A stretch of 32,000 nt of DNA, taken from contig NC_016070.1 in NCBI RefSeq assembly GCF_000253055.1, forward strand, positions 1,290,001-1,322,000, read 5' to 3'. This stretch comes from Thermoproteus tenax Kra 1 (GTDB lineage Archaea; Thermoproteota; Thermoprotei; Thermoproteales; Thermoproteaceae). The notes under the pieces are model-generated. The model was given only the letters and a program-made list of their open reading frames with translations. It did not search any database and was not told where the DNA came from. Position numbers and translations under genes: made by a program. This document shows, one piece after another, positions 7,987 to 15,690 of the stretch; the stretch's first letter is position 1, and every line of letters starts with the position of its first letter.

Positions 7987-8601
7987 ATGTTGCCTGAGGT
8001 CGTAAAAGTGCCTCATATCCCCATTATGGACAAGGTCTCCTTTCCCTCTCGCTCTACGGCCGTTCTCGTGGTCGACATGCAAAACGATTTCGCGCATCCG
8101 AACGGCAAATTATATTCGCCCTCCAGCGGCGAGATAATACCGAGGATAGCCCGGCTCCTAGAGAGGGCGAGGAGTAGCGGCGTTAGAATAATATATACTC
8201 AGGACACCCATCCGCCTGATGATCCAGTGGAGTTCCCCATATGGGGTCCCCACGTTGTGAAGGGGTCGTGGGGCTGGCAGATAGTGGATCAGCTCAAGCC
8301 GACCGAAGGCGACATAGTGGTGGAGAAGATGCGTTACGATCCCTTCTTCGGCACACCGCTTGACCACATCTTGAGGATGTACGGCATCTCCAACTTGGTC
8401 GTAGTCGGCACCGTGGCGAATATATGCGTCCTGCACGCAGTGGCGGGGGCCAGGCTCAGGCTATATAACGTAGCCGTGCCCATAGACGGCATCGCGGCGC
8501 TCAACGACTTCGACTACGTTGCTGCGCTCAGACAGATGGACTATCTCTACAAGGCCGTCTTGACGACCATCGACGGCGTGGTCTTCGAGGAGAAAACTTA
8601 A
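7987..8601 (+). CDS. isochorismatase-family cysteine hydrolase (nicotinamidase/pyrazinamidase-like)
   Basis: 'AVLVVDMQNDF' (catalytic Asp region), 'IYTQDTHP', 'KMRYDPFFGT', 'LVVVGTVANICV' (catalytic Cys). TATA 'TTTTTTAATGG' lies ~20-26 bp upstream of the ATG. Confidence 0.8.
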   Translation: MLPEVVKVPHIPIMDKVSFPSRSTAVLVVDMQNDFAHPNGKLYSPSSGEIIPRIARLLERARSSGVRIIYTQDTHPPDDPVEFPIWGPHVVKGSWGWQIVDQLKPTEGDIVVEKMRYDPFFGTPLDHILRMYGISNLVVVGTVANICVLHAVAGARLRLYNVAVPIDGIAALNDFDYVAALRQMDYLYKAVLTTIDGVVFEEKT

Positions 8602-8607
8602 AAATAC
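8596..8607 (+). promoter_or_regulatory. TATA box for the 5S rRNA gene
   Basis: ACTTAAAAATAC lies about 20-28 bp upstream of the 5S 5' end and overlaps the stop codon of the preceding CDS. Confidence 0.55.
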
Positions 8608-8624
8608 CTCTTCAGAGGGACACT

Positions 8625-8755
8625 GCCCTCCGAGCCGGCCATAGGCGCCGGTGCTACACCCGGTCTCGCCAGATCCCGGAAGTTAAGGCCGGCGCCGCGC
8701 GCGGGAGTACTGGGCTCCGCGAGGGCCCGGGAAACCGGCGTGCTGGCAGGAGGGC
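8625..8755 (+). rRNA. rrf: 5S ribosomal RNA (stand-alone gene)
   Basis: Contains the conserved 5S core 'ACACCCGGUCUCGCCAGAUCCCGGAAGUUAAGGCCGGCGC'. Terminal helix I pairs GCCCUCC (8625-8631) with GGAGGGC (8749-8755). Length ~131 nt, GC-rich, followed by a T-rich tract. Confidence 0.9.
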
Positions 8756-8766
8756 TCTGTTTTCTC
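8756..8766 (+). terminator. pyrimidine/T-rich tract after 5S rRNA
   Basis: TCTGTTTTCTC lies immediately 3' of helix I. Archaeal termination typically occurs at oligo-T tracts. Confidence 0.45.
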
Positions 8767-8771
8767 GCGGC

Positions 8772-9218
8772 CTATAGGCTCATCAGAAGTCTCTTAAGCG
8801 TCTCCTCCTCCCTCTGCAACGCCTCAATTATCTGCCCGCTACCTCGCCTTATGGAGTCTAGGACCTCTGTCTGGCCTTTGGTGAGCGTCTCCAGGCTACG
8901 CGCGATGGAGTCGAGCGATTTGAGCACCGCCTGGAGCAACTCGACCTCTCTCTCAATGAGGCTGCCCAACCTCGCCATATCGCCTGCGACCTTGAGGCAT
9001 GCCTCGGCAAGCGACTTGTTGGCTACGCCTTGTTCCCTCACCTCGTTAGCCAGAGTTGCGAGCGACTGGGCCAACCTATCCAACGTCTGCACGAAGTCCG
9101 CAATGCCCAGTTTGGCTCTGGCAATATCGCGGAACTCCTGGTCCTCTTCGAGCAACCTTATGAGCTCCCTCTTGAGCATATGTTTCACTGAAGCCGCGTT
9201 TTTAATGTGGACTCCCAA
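8772..9218 (-). CDS. hypothetical coiled-coil protein (148 aa)
   Basis: Heptad-like E/K/L/R-rich sequence (ELIRLLEEDQEFRDIARAKLG...). The antisense ORF 8740..9225 is S/L-rich, which is typical of a shadow ORF. Confidence 0.55.
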   Translation of the reverse strand: MGVHIKNAASVKHMLKRELIRLLEEDQEFRDIARAKLGIADFVQTLDRLAQSLATLANEVREQGVANKSLAEACLKVAGDMARLGSLIEREVELLQAVLKSLDSIARSLETLTKGQTEVLDSIRRGSGQIIEALQREEETLKRLLMSL

Positions 9219-9300
9219 ATATTAAACTCAGATGGGTAGGGGCGCGCTCAGCGCTCGCTATTAGGACCACATCATCATTAATAAACACCATGGATACTCC

Positions 9301-9353
9301 GTGTGATGAAGATCACCGCTACTTATTAATGAAGAGGGTATGCAGCGCTGATT
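9301..9353 (+). ncRNA. C/D box sRNA candidate (2'-O-methylation guide)
   Basis: C box GUGAUGA (9303-9309), 12-nt guide AGAUCACCGCUA, degenerate D' CUUA (9322-9325), 3-nt spacer, C' AUGAAGA (9329-9335), 12-nt guide GGGUAUGCAGCG, D box CUGA (9348-9351). The C-12-D'/C'-12-D spacing is canonical. No clear terminal stem. Confidence 0.65.
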
Positions 9354-9711
9354 ATTTCCTCTCGCCGATTTTGTCCAACTTCTCATAGATATCCAACAAC
9401 ATGGACATGGCTCTGAGCTTCTCGTAGAGCTCCTCGCCGTCAAGGTCCGATATAGCCTTGCCCAACGCCAGTATCTTGTTGAAGACTATCTGCCGCACCT
9501 CCCGCAGCGTGTAGGCCTCGGCCACCCTCTGCGCCTCCTCCTCGGATCTCACGACCACGACGGTCCTCTCGCAGTTTGCGCAGTAGTACTCGCCAGTCTT
9601 CAACCTGACCAATACTGTGCCGCACACTGGACATGTGTAGGACGTCAGCGCAGCGCCGGCCCTCACTAGCTCGGCTATCCTCTTGACTACGAGGTCCCTC
9701 TTCTGGCTCAT
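9352..9711 (-). CDS. zinc-ribbon protein, UPF0148 / autoantigen p27-like family
   Basis: 'CPVCGTVLVRLKTGEYYCANC' CxxC...CxxC ribbon after a short N-terminal helix, then a helical C-terminus. 119 aa. Confidence 0.65.
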   Translation of the reverse strand: MSQKRDLVVKRIAELVRAGAALTSYTCPVCGTVLVRLKTGEYYCANCERTVVVVRSEEEAQRVAEAYTLREVRQIVFNKILALGKAISDLDGEELYEKLRAMSMLLDIYEKLDKIGERK

Positions 9712-9739
9712 ACATTTTATCCAATATCAATGCGTATAT

Positions 9740-10438
9740 ATGCTACTAAAGGAGGCCTTGGCCCTATCGATAGGGGGCGACTTAAGGCATCTCAGGCAGG
9801 TCGCCGCACAGTTATCCTATCTGGGAGCCTCCGTGAGGCTCGAGGGGCCTTTAAGGTGGGGCCCCGCCCTACTTCTCGGCAAAGGCAACAACAGCGTAAT
9901 AGTCTTGTGCGAGGTCGCAGGCTCGATATACGCCTGCAAGATAAGGCGCGGCGATGCGCAGAGGCCCAGTCTGATACACGAGGCCCGCCTTCTGAGAATG
10001 GCGAATGAGGTCGGCGTTGGTCCCAGACTCTACGCGTTCACGAGGGACGTGCTCGTAATGGAGTACATCAGAGGCGTCCCTATGGCGTCTTGGTGGAGGG
10101 AGGCCGACGCGAATCTCAAAGCTGAGGCCGCAGTAGCTCTGCTTCGCCAGGCCAGAGCTCTGGATAAGATAGGGCTCTCCCACAACGAGCTTGCCAGACC
10201 CGGCGAACACGTCCTAATGGCCGGCGGCGCTCCGGTCATCATAGATTTTGAGTCTGCAACTCTGGGCAAGGCGAGGAACGTGTTGCAAGTCCTCAACTTG
10301 CTGAGGACTTTAGGCGTAGAAACCCCATTAGAGTTAGCCAGGAGATACTCAAGAGAACAGAGCGATGAGGCCTTTAACGATATAGTTCACTTCTTGCTCA
10401 ACTCCTGGAAGAGCTTCCAGAGCCTATCACCGAGGTAG
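9740..10438 (+). CDS. small RIO/Bud32-like putative serine/threonine kinase (COG2112-like)
   Basis: 'LGKGNNSVIVL...YACKIRR' (Gly-loop plus Lys), 'LVMEYIRG' hinge, 'SHNELARPGEHVLM...VIIDFESA' catalytic/DFG-like segment. I prefer the ATG at 9740 (TATA 'TTTTATCC' ~27 bp upstream) over the track start 9683, which overlaps the divergent gene. Confidence 0.55.
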   Translation: MLLKEALALSIGGDLRHLRQVAAQLSYLGASVRLEGPLRWGPALLLGKGNNSVIVLCEVAGSIYACKIRRGDAQRPSLIHEARLLRMANEVGVGPRLYAFTRDVLVMEYIRGVPMASWWREADANLKAEAAVALLRQARALDKIGLSHNELARPGEHVLMAGGAPVIIDFESATLGKARNVLQVLNLLRTLGVETPLELARRYSREQSDEAFNDIVHFLLNSWKSFQSLSPR

Positions 10439-10965
10439 TGGACATTATATATCACCTTGCCCTTCTCCATGGCCTCGACCTCACTGCGGGAGTAGAGCCA
10501 AAGGCCCACTGCGATTATCCTCCTCTTCTCGTCGGCCACTTGAGCCACATCTCCCTTGTTGAAGTCGCCTAGGATCTGTTTTATACCTGGCCTCATTACG
10601 TCGGCCCCGTTCAGAATATGTTTGACGGCGCCCGTGTCGACTATGGCCATAGGATATATAGCGGATGCCCTCTGCGCGTGTTTGCTTTTGTTCAAAAGAT
10701 ATATCGTGGGCAGAACCACTTCTCCGAAGTGCTGAACTTGGGCCTTGATCAAAGCGGGCTCTGAATCAACTATGTACAAAACGCGGCCGCCCTCGAGCTC
10801 GACTACCTCTACTAGCTCGGCCTCCCTCAGGATATCTCCGACCTTTCCCAACGCGGCGGCTAGCTCCTTAACTTCCTTCTTGCTGAGCGCAACGCGCCTC
10901 ACGGTCTCAAGGAGTTGGATATTAAAAATTAAAACGGATGATACGGTGGGCCTTAAGGCGATCAT
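10387..10965 (-). CDS. PUA-domain RNA-binding protein (COG2016 / Tma20-like)
   Basis: C-terminal PUA pattern 'VDTGAVKHILNGADVMRPGI...GDVAQVADEKRRIIAVGLWLYS'. An alternative leaderless GTG start at 10902 ('VRRVALSKKEVKEL') has a TATA ~25 bp upstream. Confidence 0.7.
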   Translation of the reverse strand: MIALRPTVSSVLIFNIQLLETVRRVALSKKEVKELAAALGKVGDILREAELVEVVELEGGRVLYIVDSEPALIKAQVQHFGEVVLPTIYLLNKSKHAQRASAIYPMAIVDTGAVKHILNGADVMRPGIKQILGDFNKGDVAQVADEKRRIIAVGLWLYSRSEVEAMEKGKVIYNVHYLGDRLWKLFQELSKK

Positions 10966-11057
10966 GGTCCCCCAAAGGGCGAGGCTTTCGGTTTTAACGA
11001 GGGGCGGATCGATCGTGTCGTGAAGATACAGTCGGGTTGCCCTATAATACTGAGAGA

Positions 11058-11112
11058 TATTCAGCGCGTGAATGGATCATCACCGTCAGGCTTGCCGGGT
11101 ATTCATCAGCTC
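11058..11112 (-). ncRNA. C/D box sRNA candidate (dual guide)
   Basis: The minus strand reads C box CUGAUGA (11103-11109), 13-nt guide AUACCCGGCAAGC, D' CUGA (11086-11089), CG, C' GUGAUGA (11077-11083), 12-nt guide UCCAUUCACGCG, D CUGA (11061-11064). It sits inside a 270-bp ORF-free spacer. Confidence 0.7.
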
Positions 11113-11235
11113 ATCCCTATCCCCTCATATCATTGAGACTGTACAACGCGCCCGGCCCACTAGCGTCTGCGACCACGTTACAGCTATGTAGTTTCGTCTC
11201 AAAGCTTTTTATACTTAATATGACACTTATAGAGA

Positions 11236-11988
11236 GTGGAGAATAAGTTGCTTAATGCTACTCTCAATATAGTGAGGCAACACGGAGATAGTCTCTTCCT
11301 TGACGTCTCGAGACCCTACGCTTACACTATGTTGATCGACTACGACAGAAGGAAAATATTGCTGAAAGTTGTCACTGACGCAGACGATATGCCTACGAGC
11401 GCGTTGCGCGATATAAAGCTTCTCTCGGAGTTCTTAAGCATACCGGTACTGGGCATTGTGGCTATGGCGAGGGGGGAGGTCTTGGAAGAGGGCGTTGTGT
11501 ACAAGAGGGATAATGTCAATTTCATATCGCTGGCCACGCTAGCGAGGGCCTTCAGAGGGGAGCTACCGGTTTTTGTACAAATAAAGGGGAGGAGGTACGC
11601 ATTTGTTGACGGACAGAGGCTCAGAGAGGCTCGCGAGAGGGAGGGGCTCAGCCTCGGAGCCGTATCCGAGATGCTGTCGGTCAGCAGAGAGACCGTGTAT
11701 AGGTATGAAAGAGAGGAACTGAATCTATCAGAGGCGGCGGCCAGAGCGTTAGCCAGACGGTTCGGGCCCGATGTGCTGAAGAGGATCGATATATTCTCCT
11801 CTATCAAGGCGGACCCCATAGATAAGGCAAGTAGAGCCATAGACGCCAAGACCTACCGGCTTGAGCTGTCGCATCCCAACGGCATAGCGTATGAGGACAG
11901 GCCCCTCTTTATCCTAAAGGACGAGGACAAACGTGAAAAGACAGAGGAGCTGGCGGGCCATCTAGGCGTCGAAGTCGTAAGAGGGTGA
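11236..11988 (+). CDS. archaeal putative HTH-type transcriptional regulator (COG1395-like, XRE-type HTH)
   Basis: Central 'LREAREREGLSLGAVSEMLSVSRETVYRYEREELNLS' XRE-type HTH preceded by a ~130-aa N-terminal domain. GTG start with TATA 'CTTTTTATACTTAATA' upstream. 4-nt overlap with trm1. Confidence 0.6.
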   Translation: MENKLLNATLNIVRQHGDSLFLDVSRPYAYTMLIDYDRRKILLKVVTDADDMPTSALRDIKLLSEFLSIPVLGIVAMARGEVLEEGVVYKRDNVNFISLATLARAFRGELPVFVQIKGRRYAFVDGQRLREAREREGLSLGAVSEMLSVSRETVYRYEREELNLSEAAARALARRFGPDVLKRIDIFSSIKADPIDKASRAIDAKTYRLELSHPNGIAYEDRPLFILKDEDKREKTEELAGHLGVEVVRG

Positions 11989-13082
11989 GCCTGGTTCTCC
12001 TCAGAGAGGGGAGGGCTGAGTTCTGGGCACCTGATCCGGCCAAGTACAACGATCCGGCAAGAGCCCCCGTCTTCTATAACAGATACATGGCGAGGAACCG
12101 CACAATATCTACGTTGGTGCTTTCAGCGTTCTCGGAACTCAAGGGGGGTCCGCTGGTCGTGTGTGAGCCTCTAAGCGCCACTGGGATCAGAGGGATTAGA
12201 TATGCCTTGGAGACAAAAGCTGTGGAACGGCTAATCTTAAATGATATATCGAGCCAAGCGGTCGATCTGATAAAAAAGAACCTAGAGTTAAACGGGCTCT
12301 CGGCCGAGGTCTACAACGAGGATGCAAATATACTTCTGAGGAGGCTTGGGAGACAGTGCGATGTCGTCGATCTAGATCCATTCGGCTCGCCGGCGCCTTT
12401 TATGGAGTCCGCCTTTCAGGCCATCAGAGATGGAGGAATGTTGTGCGCCACCGCCACAGATACGGCGGTGCTCGTAGGAAACTATAAAGATAAGGCTCTG
12501 AGGCGCTATGGCGTCAGGCTATTTAAGACGCCATTCTACGTAGAGGTGGGTCTCAGAGCCTTGTTGGGGTATATAGCGAGAGTGGCGGCGGCCAACGACT
12601 TCGCTATAGAGCCGTTGATTGCCTACTGGGAGAGACACTACTTTAGAGTATGCGTAGCCGTAAGAGAGGGGGCGAGGGAGGCGTCAGATGTACTGAGGAG
12701 GGGTCTGGCGTACATCGTTTACCTCGGCGGAATAAGACGCGTCGCGAGGCGTGAGACGGCGCACTCCCTGGGCCCACTGTGGGTGGGCCCACTGGGCGAG
12801 CCAGATCTGGTGGCTAGGCTGCCGAGGCCGCAAGAGGATCGGTCCGCCGTAGAGCTGTTGAACACTCTAACGGCTGAGTATACCACAGTGAGCCCCTGGT
12901 ATTACCTGTCGCAGGAATTCGGCGATCTAAAGATGGAGGTTCGGGAGCTAATAGATCTATTGTTGAGCAACGGGGTGTATGCAACGCCGACCCACATGGC
13001 GCCCTACGGCTTCAAGGCCGATGCGCCCTACGGTGAATTGTATTTAATACTATCGCGGGACATCGGACGATGGCAGCTGTAG
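11985..13082 (+). CDS. trm1: tRNA (guanine26-N2)-dimethyltransferase Trm1
   Basis: 'FYNRYMARNRTIS', 'LSATGIRGIRYALE', 'NDIS..AV..IKKNLELNG', 'DLDPFGSPAPFMESA', 'GGMLCATATDTAVL' are all characteristic Trm1 blocks. Confidence 0.85.
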   Translation: MSLVLLREGRAEFWAPDPAKYNDPARAPVFYNRYMARNRTISTLVLSAFSELKGGPLVVCEPLSATGIRGIRYALETKAVERLILNDISSQAVDLIKKNLELNGLSAEVYNEDANILLRRLGRQCDVVDLDPFGSPAPFMESAFQAIRDGGMLCATATDTAVLVGNYKDKALRRYGVRLFKTPFYVEVGLRALLGYIARVAAANDFAIEPLIAYWERHYFRVCVAVREGAREASDVLRRGLAYIVYLGGIRRVARRETAHSLGPLWVGPLGEPDLVARLPRPQEDRSAVELLNTLTAEYTTVSPWYYLSQEFGDLKMEVRELIDLLLSNGVYATPTHMAPYGFKADAPYGELYLILSRDIGRWQL

Positions 13083-13585
13083 GGATAGCGGGTCTGCCGG
13101 GAAGCGGCAAGACGCTCATTACGTCCCTCTTCGTAAAACGTGGATTTAAGTCTCTCACGATGGGCGACGTCATTAGAAAGTATGCCGAGACCAGAGGAAT
13201 AACGCCGGATGAGGCTGCGGTCTTGATAAGACTTGAGAGAGGCATGAGGGCCGTCGTATCTAGCTTGGGGATAACGCGGGGACACGACAAAGTAGTAATC
13301 GACGGACTCAGAAGCTTGGAGGAGGCTGAGGCCCTCGAAGAGATGTTCGGCAGATTTTATCTCGTCTACGTAGTAGCCTCTCGCAGGACTCGGCTGAAGA
13401 GACTACAAGCTCGCGGCAGATCCGACGATCCGGCCTCTCTCGCCGAGTTCGCCATGAGGGAATACAGAGAGCTCAAATTCGGCGTCGCGTCCCTTCTCTC
13501 TAGAGCCGACTTCATAATAGTCAACGAGGACAAAAGCATTGAAGAGCTTGAGTCAGAGATTGATGCGATCGTAAGGACGCTATGA
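13070..13585 (+). CDS. P-loop nucleotide kinase-like protein (UPF0200 / dephospho-CoA-kinase-like family)
   Basis: Walker A 'GLPGSGKT' at the N-terminus, followed by 'MGDVIRKYAETRGI'. 171 aa. Overlaps trm1 by 13 nt. Confidence 0.6.
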   Translation: MAAVGIAGLPGSGKTLITSLFVKRGFKSLTMGDVIRKYAETRGITPDEAAVLIRLERGMRAVVSSLGITRGHDKVVIDGLRSLEEAEALEEMFGRFYLVYVVASRRTRLKRLQARGRSDDPASLAEFAMREYRELKFGVASLLSRADFIIVNEDKSIEELESEIDAIVRTL

Positions 13586-14013
13586 GGGTGGAGGCCATAG
13601 TTGAAGTCAGACCCACCGAGGATCGCGATAAGGTGAAGAGGGCTCTGCTCAATGTTTTCGAGCCCGAGACGCTCGAGCTAAAAAAGGAGGGCGAGGCCGA
13701 GCTCCTCATAGGGAGAGCATCGAGCTATAAGTCGTTGTTGAAGTTGAAGGAGGCCATATGGAGACAGGGAATACAAGATGCGGCGCGCTCCGTATTGTCT
13801 CGCTCAATAGTCGGCGAGGGTCGGCTTGTCTTTCACTTGAACAAACAAGCGGCGTATGTGGGAGTTGTATCCTTTGCGACAGAGCCCAGCGAATCGCCAT
13901 TGGGACCTATCGTCTTCATCGTCGAGACGTCTGACGTCAGACGCTTCCTGGATTGGATAGCGCCCAGAACATATAAAGGCCGCGTATACTACGAGGGGCC
14001 TCCCCCCGACTGA
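13582..14013 (+). CDS. conserved archaeal protein, UPF0201/COG1931-like (predicted RNA-binding)
   Basis: 143-aa ORF whose start overlaps the preceding stop by 4 nt. The size and the 'EV.PTED..KV..A..N.F' N-terminus resemble UPF0201. The assignment is tentative. Confidence 0.4.
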   Translation: MRVEAIVEVRPTEDRDKVKRALLNVFEPETLELKKEGEAELLIGRASSYKSLLKLKEAIWRQGIQDAARSVLSRSIVGEGRLVFHLNKQAAYVGVVSFATEPSESPLGPIVFIVETSDVRRFLDWIAPRTYKGRVYYEGPPPD

Positions 14014-14672
14014 GGCACTATCGCGATAGCTCTGTACAGTCCTCCGTGTACATACATCAGACAGCTAGGCACATAAGGCACATCGAAATATATGGGGAGC
14101 GCCACAACAACGTAGCCGCGCACGAGTTCTGAGAGCTGCTCCAAGACTGTGTATAACAGCTTCTTTATCTCAACTTCAGCGATAGACATACGGCCGTATG
14201 GAGCATCCCCCACGGCTGCGTCGAAGGCCCTCCTCAGCGGCGGCAACCGGGCGTCCGCCTGGATCAGATCGGCGGAGGTATTTTTGGTAGCCAGCCTCAA
14301 GCTCCTCAAGTCTATATCAAGTCCGACCACGTAGGCGCCTAGCCTCTCGGCCTCATGCGCTATAGCGCCGGTGCCGACGAAGGGCTCCAATACGCGCTTG
14401 AGCGGCCCGACTCTAGCTATATTCACTAACGCGCGCGCTATCAGTGAGTCCATCGTGATAGTGCCTCTGGCTGGGAGCGTGGCACGGGCCATCCTTTTGA
14501 CCTCTAGCGGGTGTGCCAATGCTACTCTGCCCAACTCGTCGCACGAGCGACATGAGAGGACGTAGGTCTCCCCATCCTCTATTATGTCGCATCCGATACT
14601 CTCGGACAACGCCTTTATCTCTTGGGCCGATAGACAGGGATACCGTTTATTTAACGATAGATGGCAGAGCAC
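13989..14672 (-). CDS. SAM-dependent methyltransferase, Trm11/Trm-G10 (UPF0020)-like
   Basis: SAM motif I 'LEPFVGTGAIAHEA', 'VVGLDID', catalytic 'GDAPYG' (DPPY-type). N-terminal ~80 aa resemble a reduced THUMP-like region. Confidence 0.55.
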   Translation of the reverse strand: MLCHLSLNKRYPCLSAQEIKALSESIGCDIIEDGETYVLSCRSCDELGRVALAHPLEVKRMARATLPARGTITMDSLIARALVNIARVGPLKRVLEPFVGTGAIAHEAERLGAYVVGLDIDLRSLRLATKNTSADLIQADARLPPLRRAFDAAVGDAPYGRMSIAEVEIKKLLYTVLEQLSELVRGYVVVALPIYFDVPYVPSCLMYVHGGLYRAIAIVPQSGGGPS

Positions 14673-15690
14673 GCGAGAGGGCTACGGCGGCTATAATGCT
14701 CACTATGACCGCTATGGAGAACGCCAGAGTACTCTGAAGCAGATCCAAGACGTCAAGATGTCCAGCTACCATGTCCAACAGCTGTGGGATTATAAAGTAG
14801 AAGAACGAGAACACAAACGCCCCCAACACAACGACGCCTCTCTTTATTAGCCCATTTCTCAAGAAGCTCTCTACCGAATAGCTTGCTATAGGTACTACGA
14901 GCAATAGTGACGGTATCAGTTGGTTGAACTGGACTGAGAGGTTTGAGGGCAACCTAATGCCTATGACCGTCGAGAGAGCCAATACAAAGTATATGATAAC
15001 TATGAAGAGGCTCAACACGGAGACCGTGAAAGTGACTTCATATCTCCTCAATACATCTTTCAAGAAATCATATATACCAAATCCATATAATACCATTAAA
15101 AATAAAATGAATAAGACTCCTAAACCTAATATATAGTTTATTATACTTAAATTTATTAATATTGATAAAGCGTAGAGGAATAATAGAAATGAGGGGACTC
15201 CCACCGTATATTTCCTGTACTCGGGCTCCTTCACGGCTTTGGTCAAATAATACCTTATCAATGAGACGGTCTCCTCAACCGACCGCGACTGTTTGACCAC
15301 GACTCTCTCCACAGAGATCACGGGCCTCCTAGTCTGAACCGCCATTATGGCAGCCTCATCCGACGGACCGTCCGAGACGAAATACACTGCGTCTGCATCG
15401 AAAGACGCAAGAACTTGGTTCAGCTCCTCCAATACCGTTAAATTCGCCATTCTCTCGTCGGGCGACCCGCAGACCACTGCCACTTCCACGTTCTCTTTGC
15501 CCAATCTCTCAACAAGTCCGTCGTATATTTTCACTGCAGCGAACACCGCATTTGCGTCCGAGTCATCAGGCCGTCTGAGTATATACTGTATTCCCAACCT
15601 CAATACGTTGTCTCTGCCTATAACAGGCGTTGTAATGCCCTCCTGTTTTATGTCCCCATCGCGGTCGACGTATAATACGAGTACTCTCAC
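14647..15690 (-). CDS. membrane protein with N-terminal soluble domain (DUF373-like)
   Basis: 'MRVLVLYVDRDGD' soluble ~150-aa N-terminal domain followed by ~6 hydrophobic helices. The start overlaps the stop of the upstream coiled-coil gene by 1 nt. Confidence 0.5.
   Translation of the reverse strand: MRVLVLYVDRDGDIKQEGITTPVIGRDNVLRLGIQYILRRPDDSDANAVFAAVKIYDGLVERLGKENVEVAVVCGSPDERMANLTVLEELNQVLASFDADAVYFVSDGPSDEAAIMAVQTRRPVISVERVVVKQSRSVEETVSLIRYYLTKAVKEPEYRKYTVGVPSFLLFLYALSILINLSIINYILGLGVLFILFLMVLYGFGIYDFLKDVLRRYEVTFTVSVLSLFIVIIYFVLALSTVIGIRLPSNLSVQFNQLIPSLLLVVPIASYSVESFLRNGLIKRGVVVLGAFVFSFFYFIIPQLLDMVAGHLDVLDLLQSTLAFSIAVIVSIIAAVALSRALPSIVK

Noticed and set aside
9683-9739. The upstream alternative start (9683) for the kinase-like gene
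   Set aside because: It would add an odd hydrophobic 19-aa extension and overlap the 5' end of the divergent zinc-ribbon gene. The ATG at 9740 sits ~27 bp downstream of a TATA-like TTTTATCC, consistent with a leaderless transcript.
11027-11053. Plus-strand GUGAAGA ... CUGA pair as another C/D sRNA next to the 11058-11112 candidate
   Set aside because: Only 23 nt separate the boxes, which is too short for even a single canonical guide unit plus C'/D'. The C-like box also has a mismatch in the GA core.
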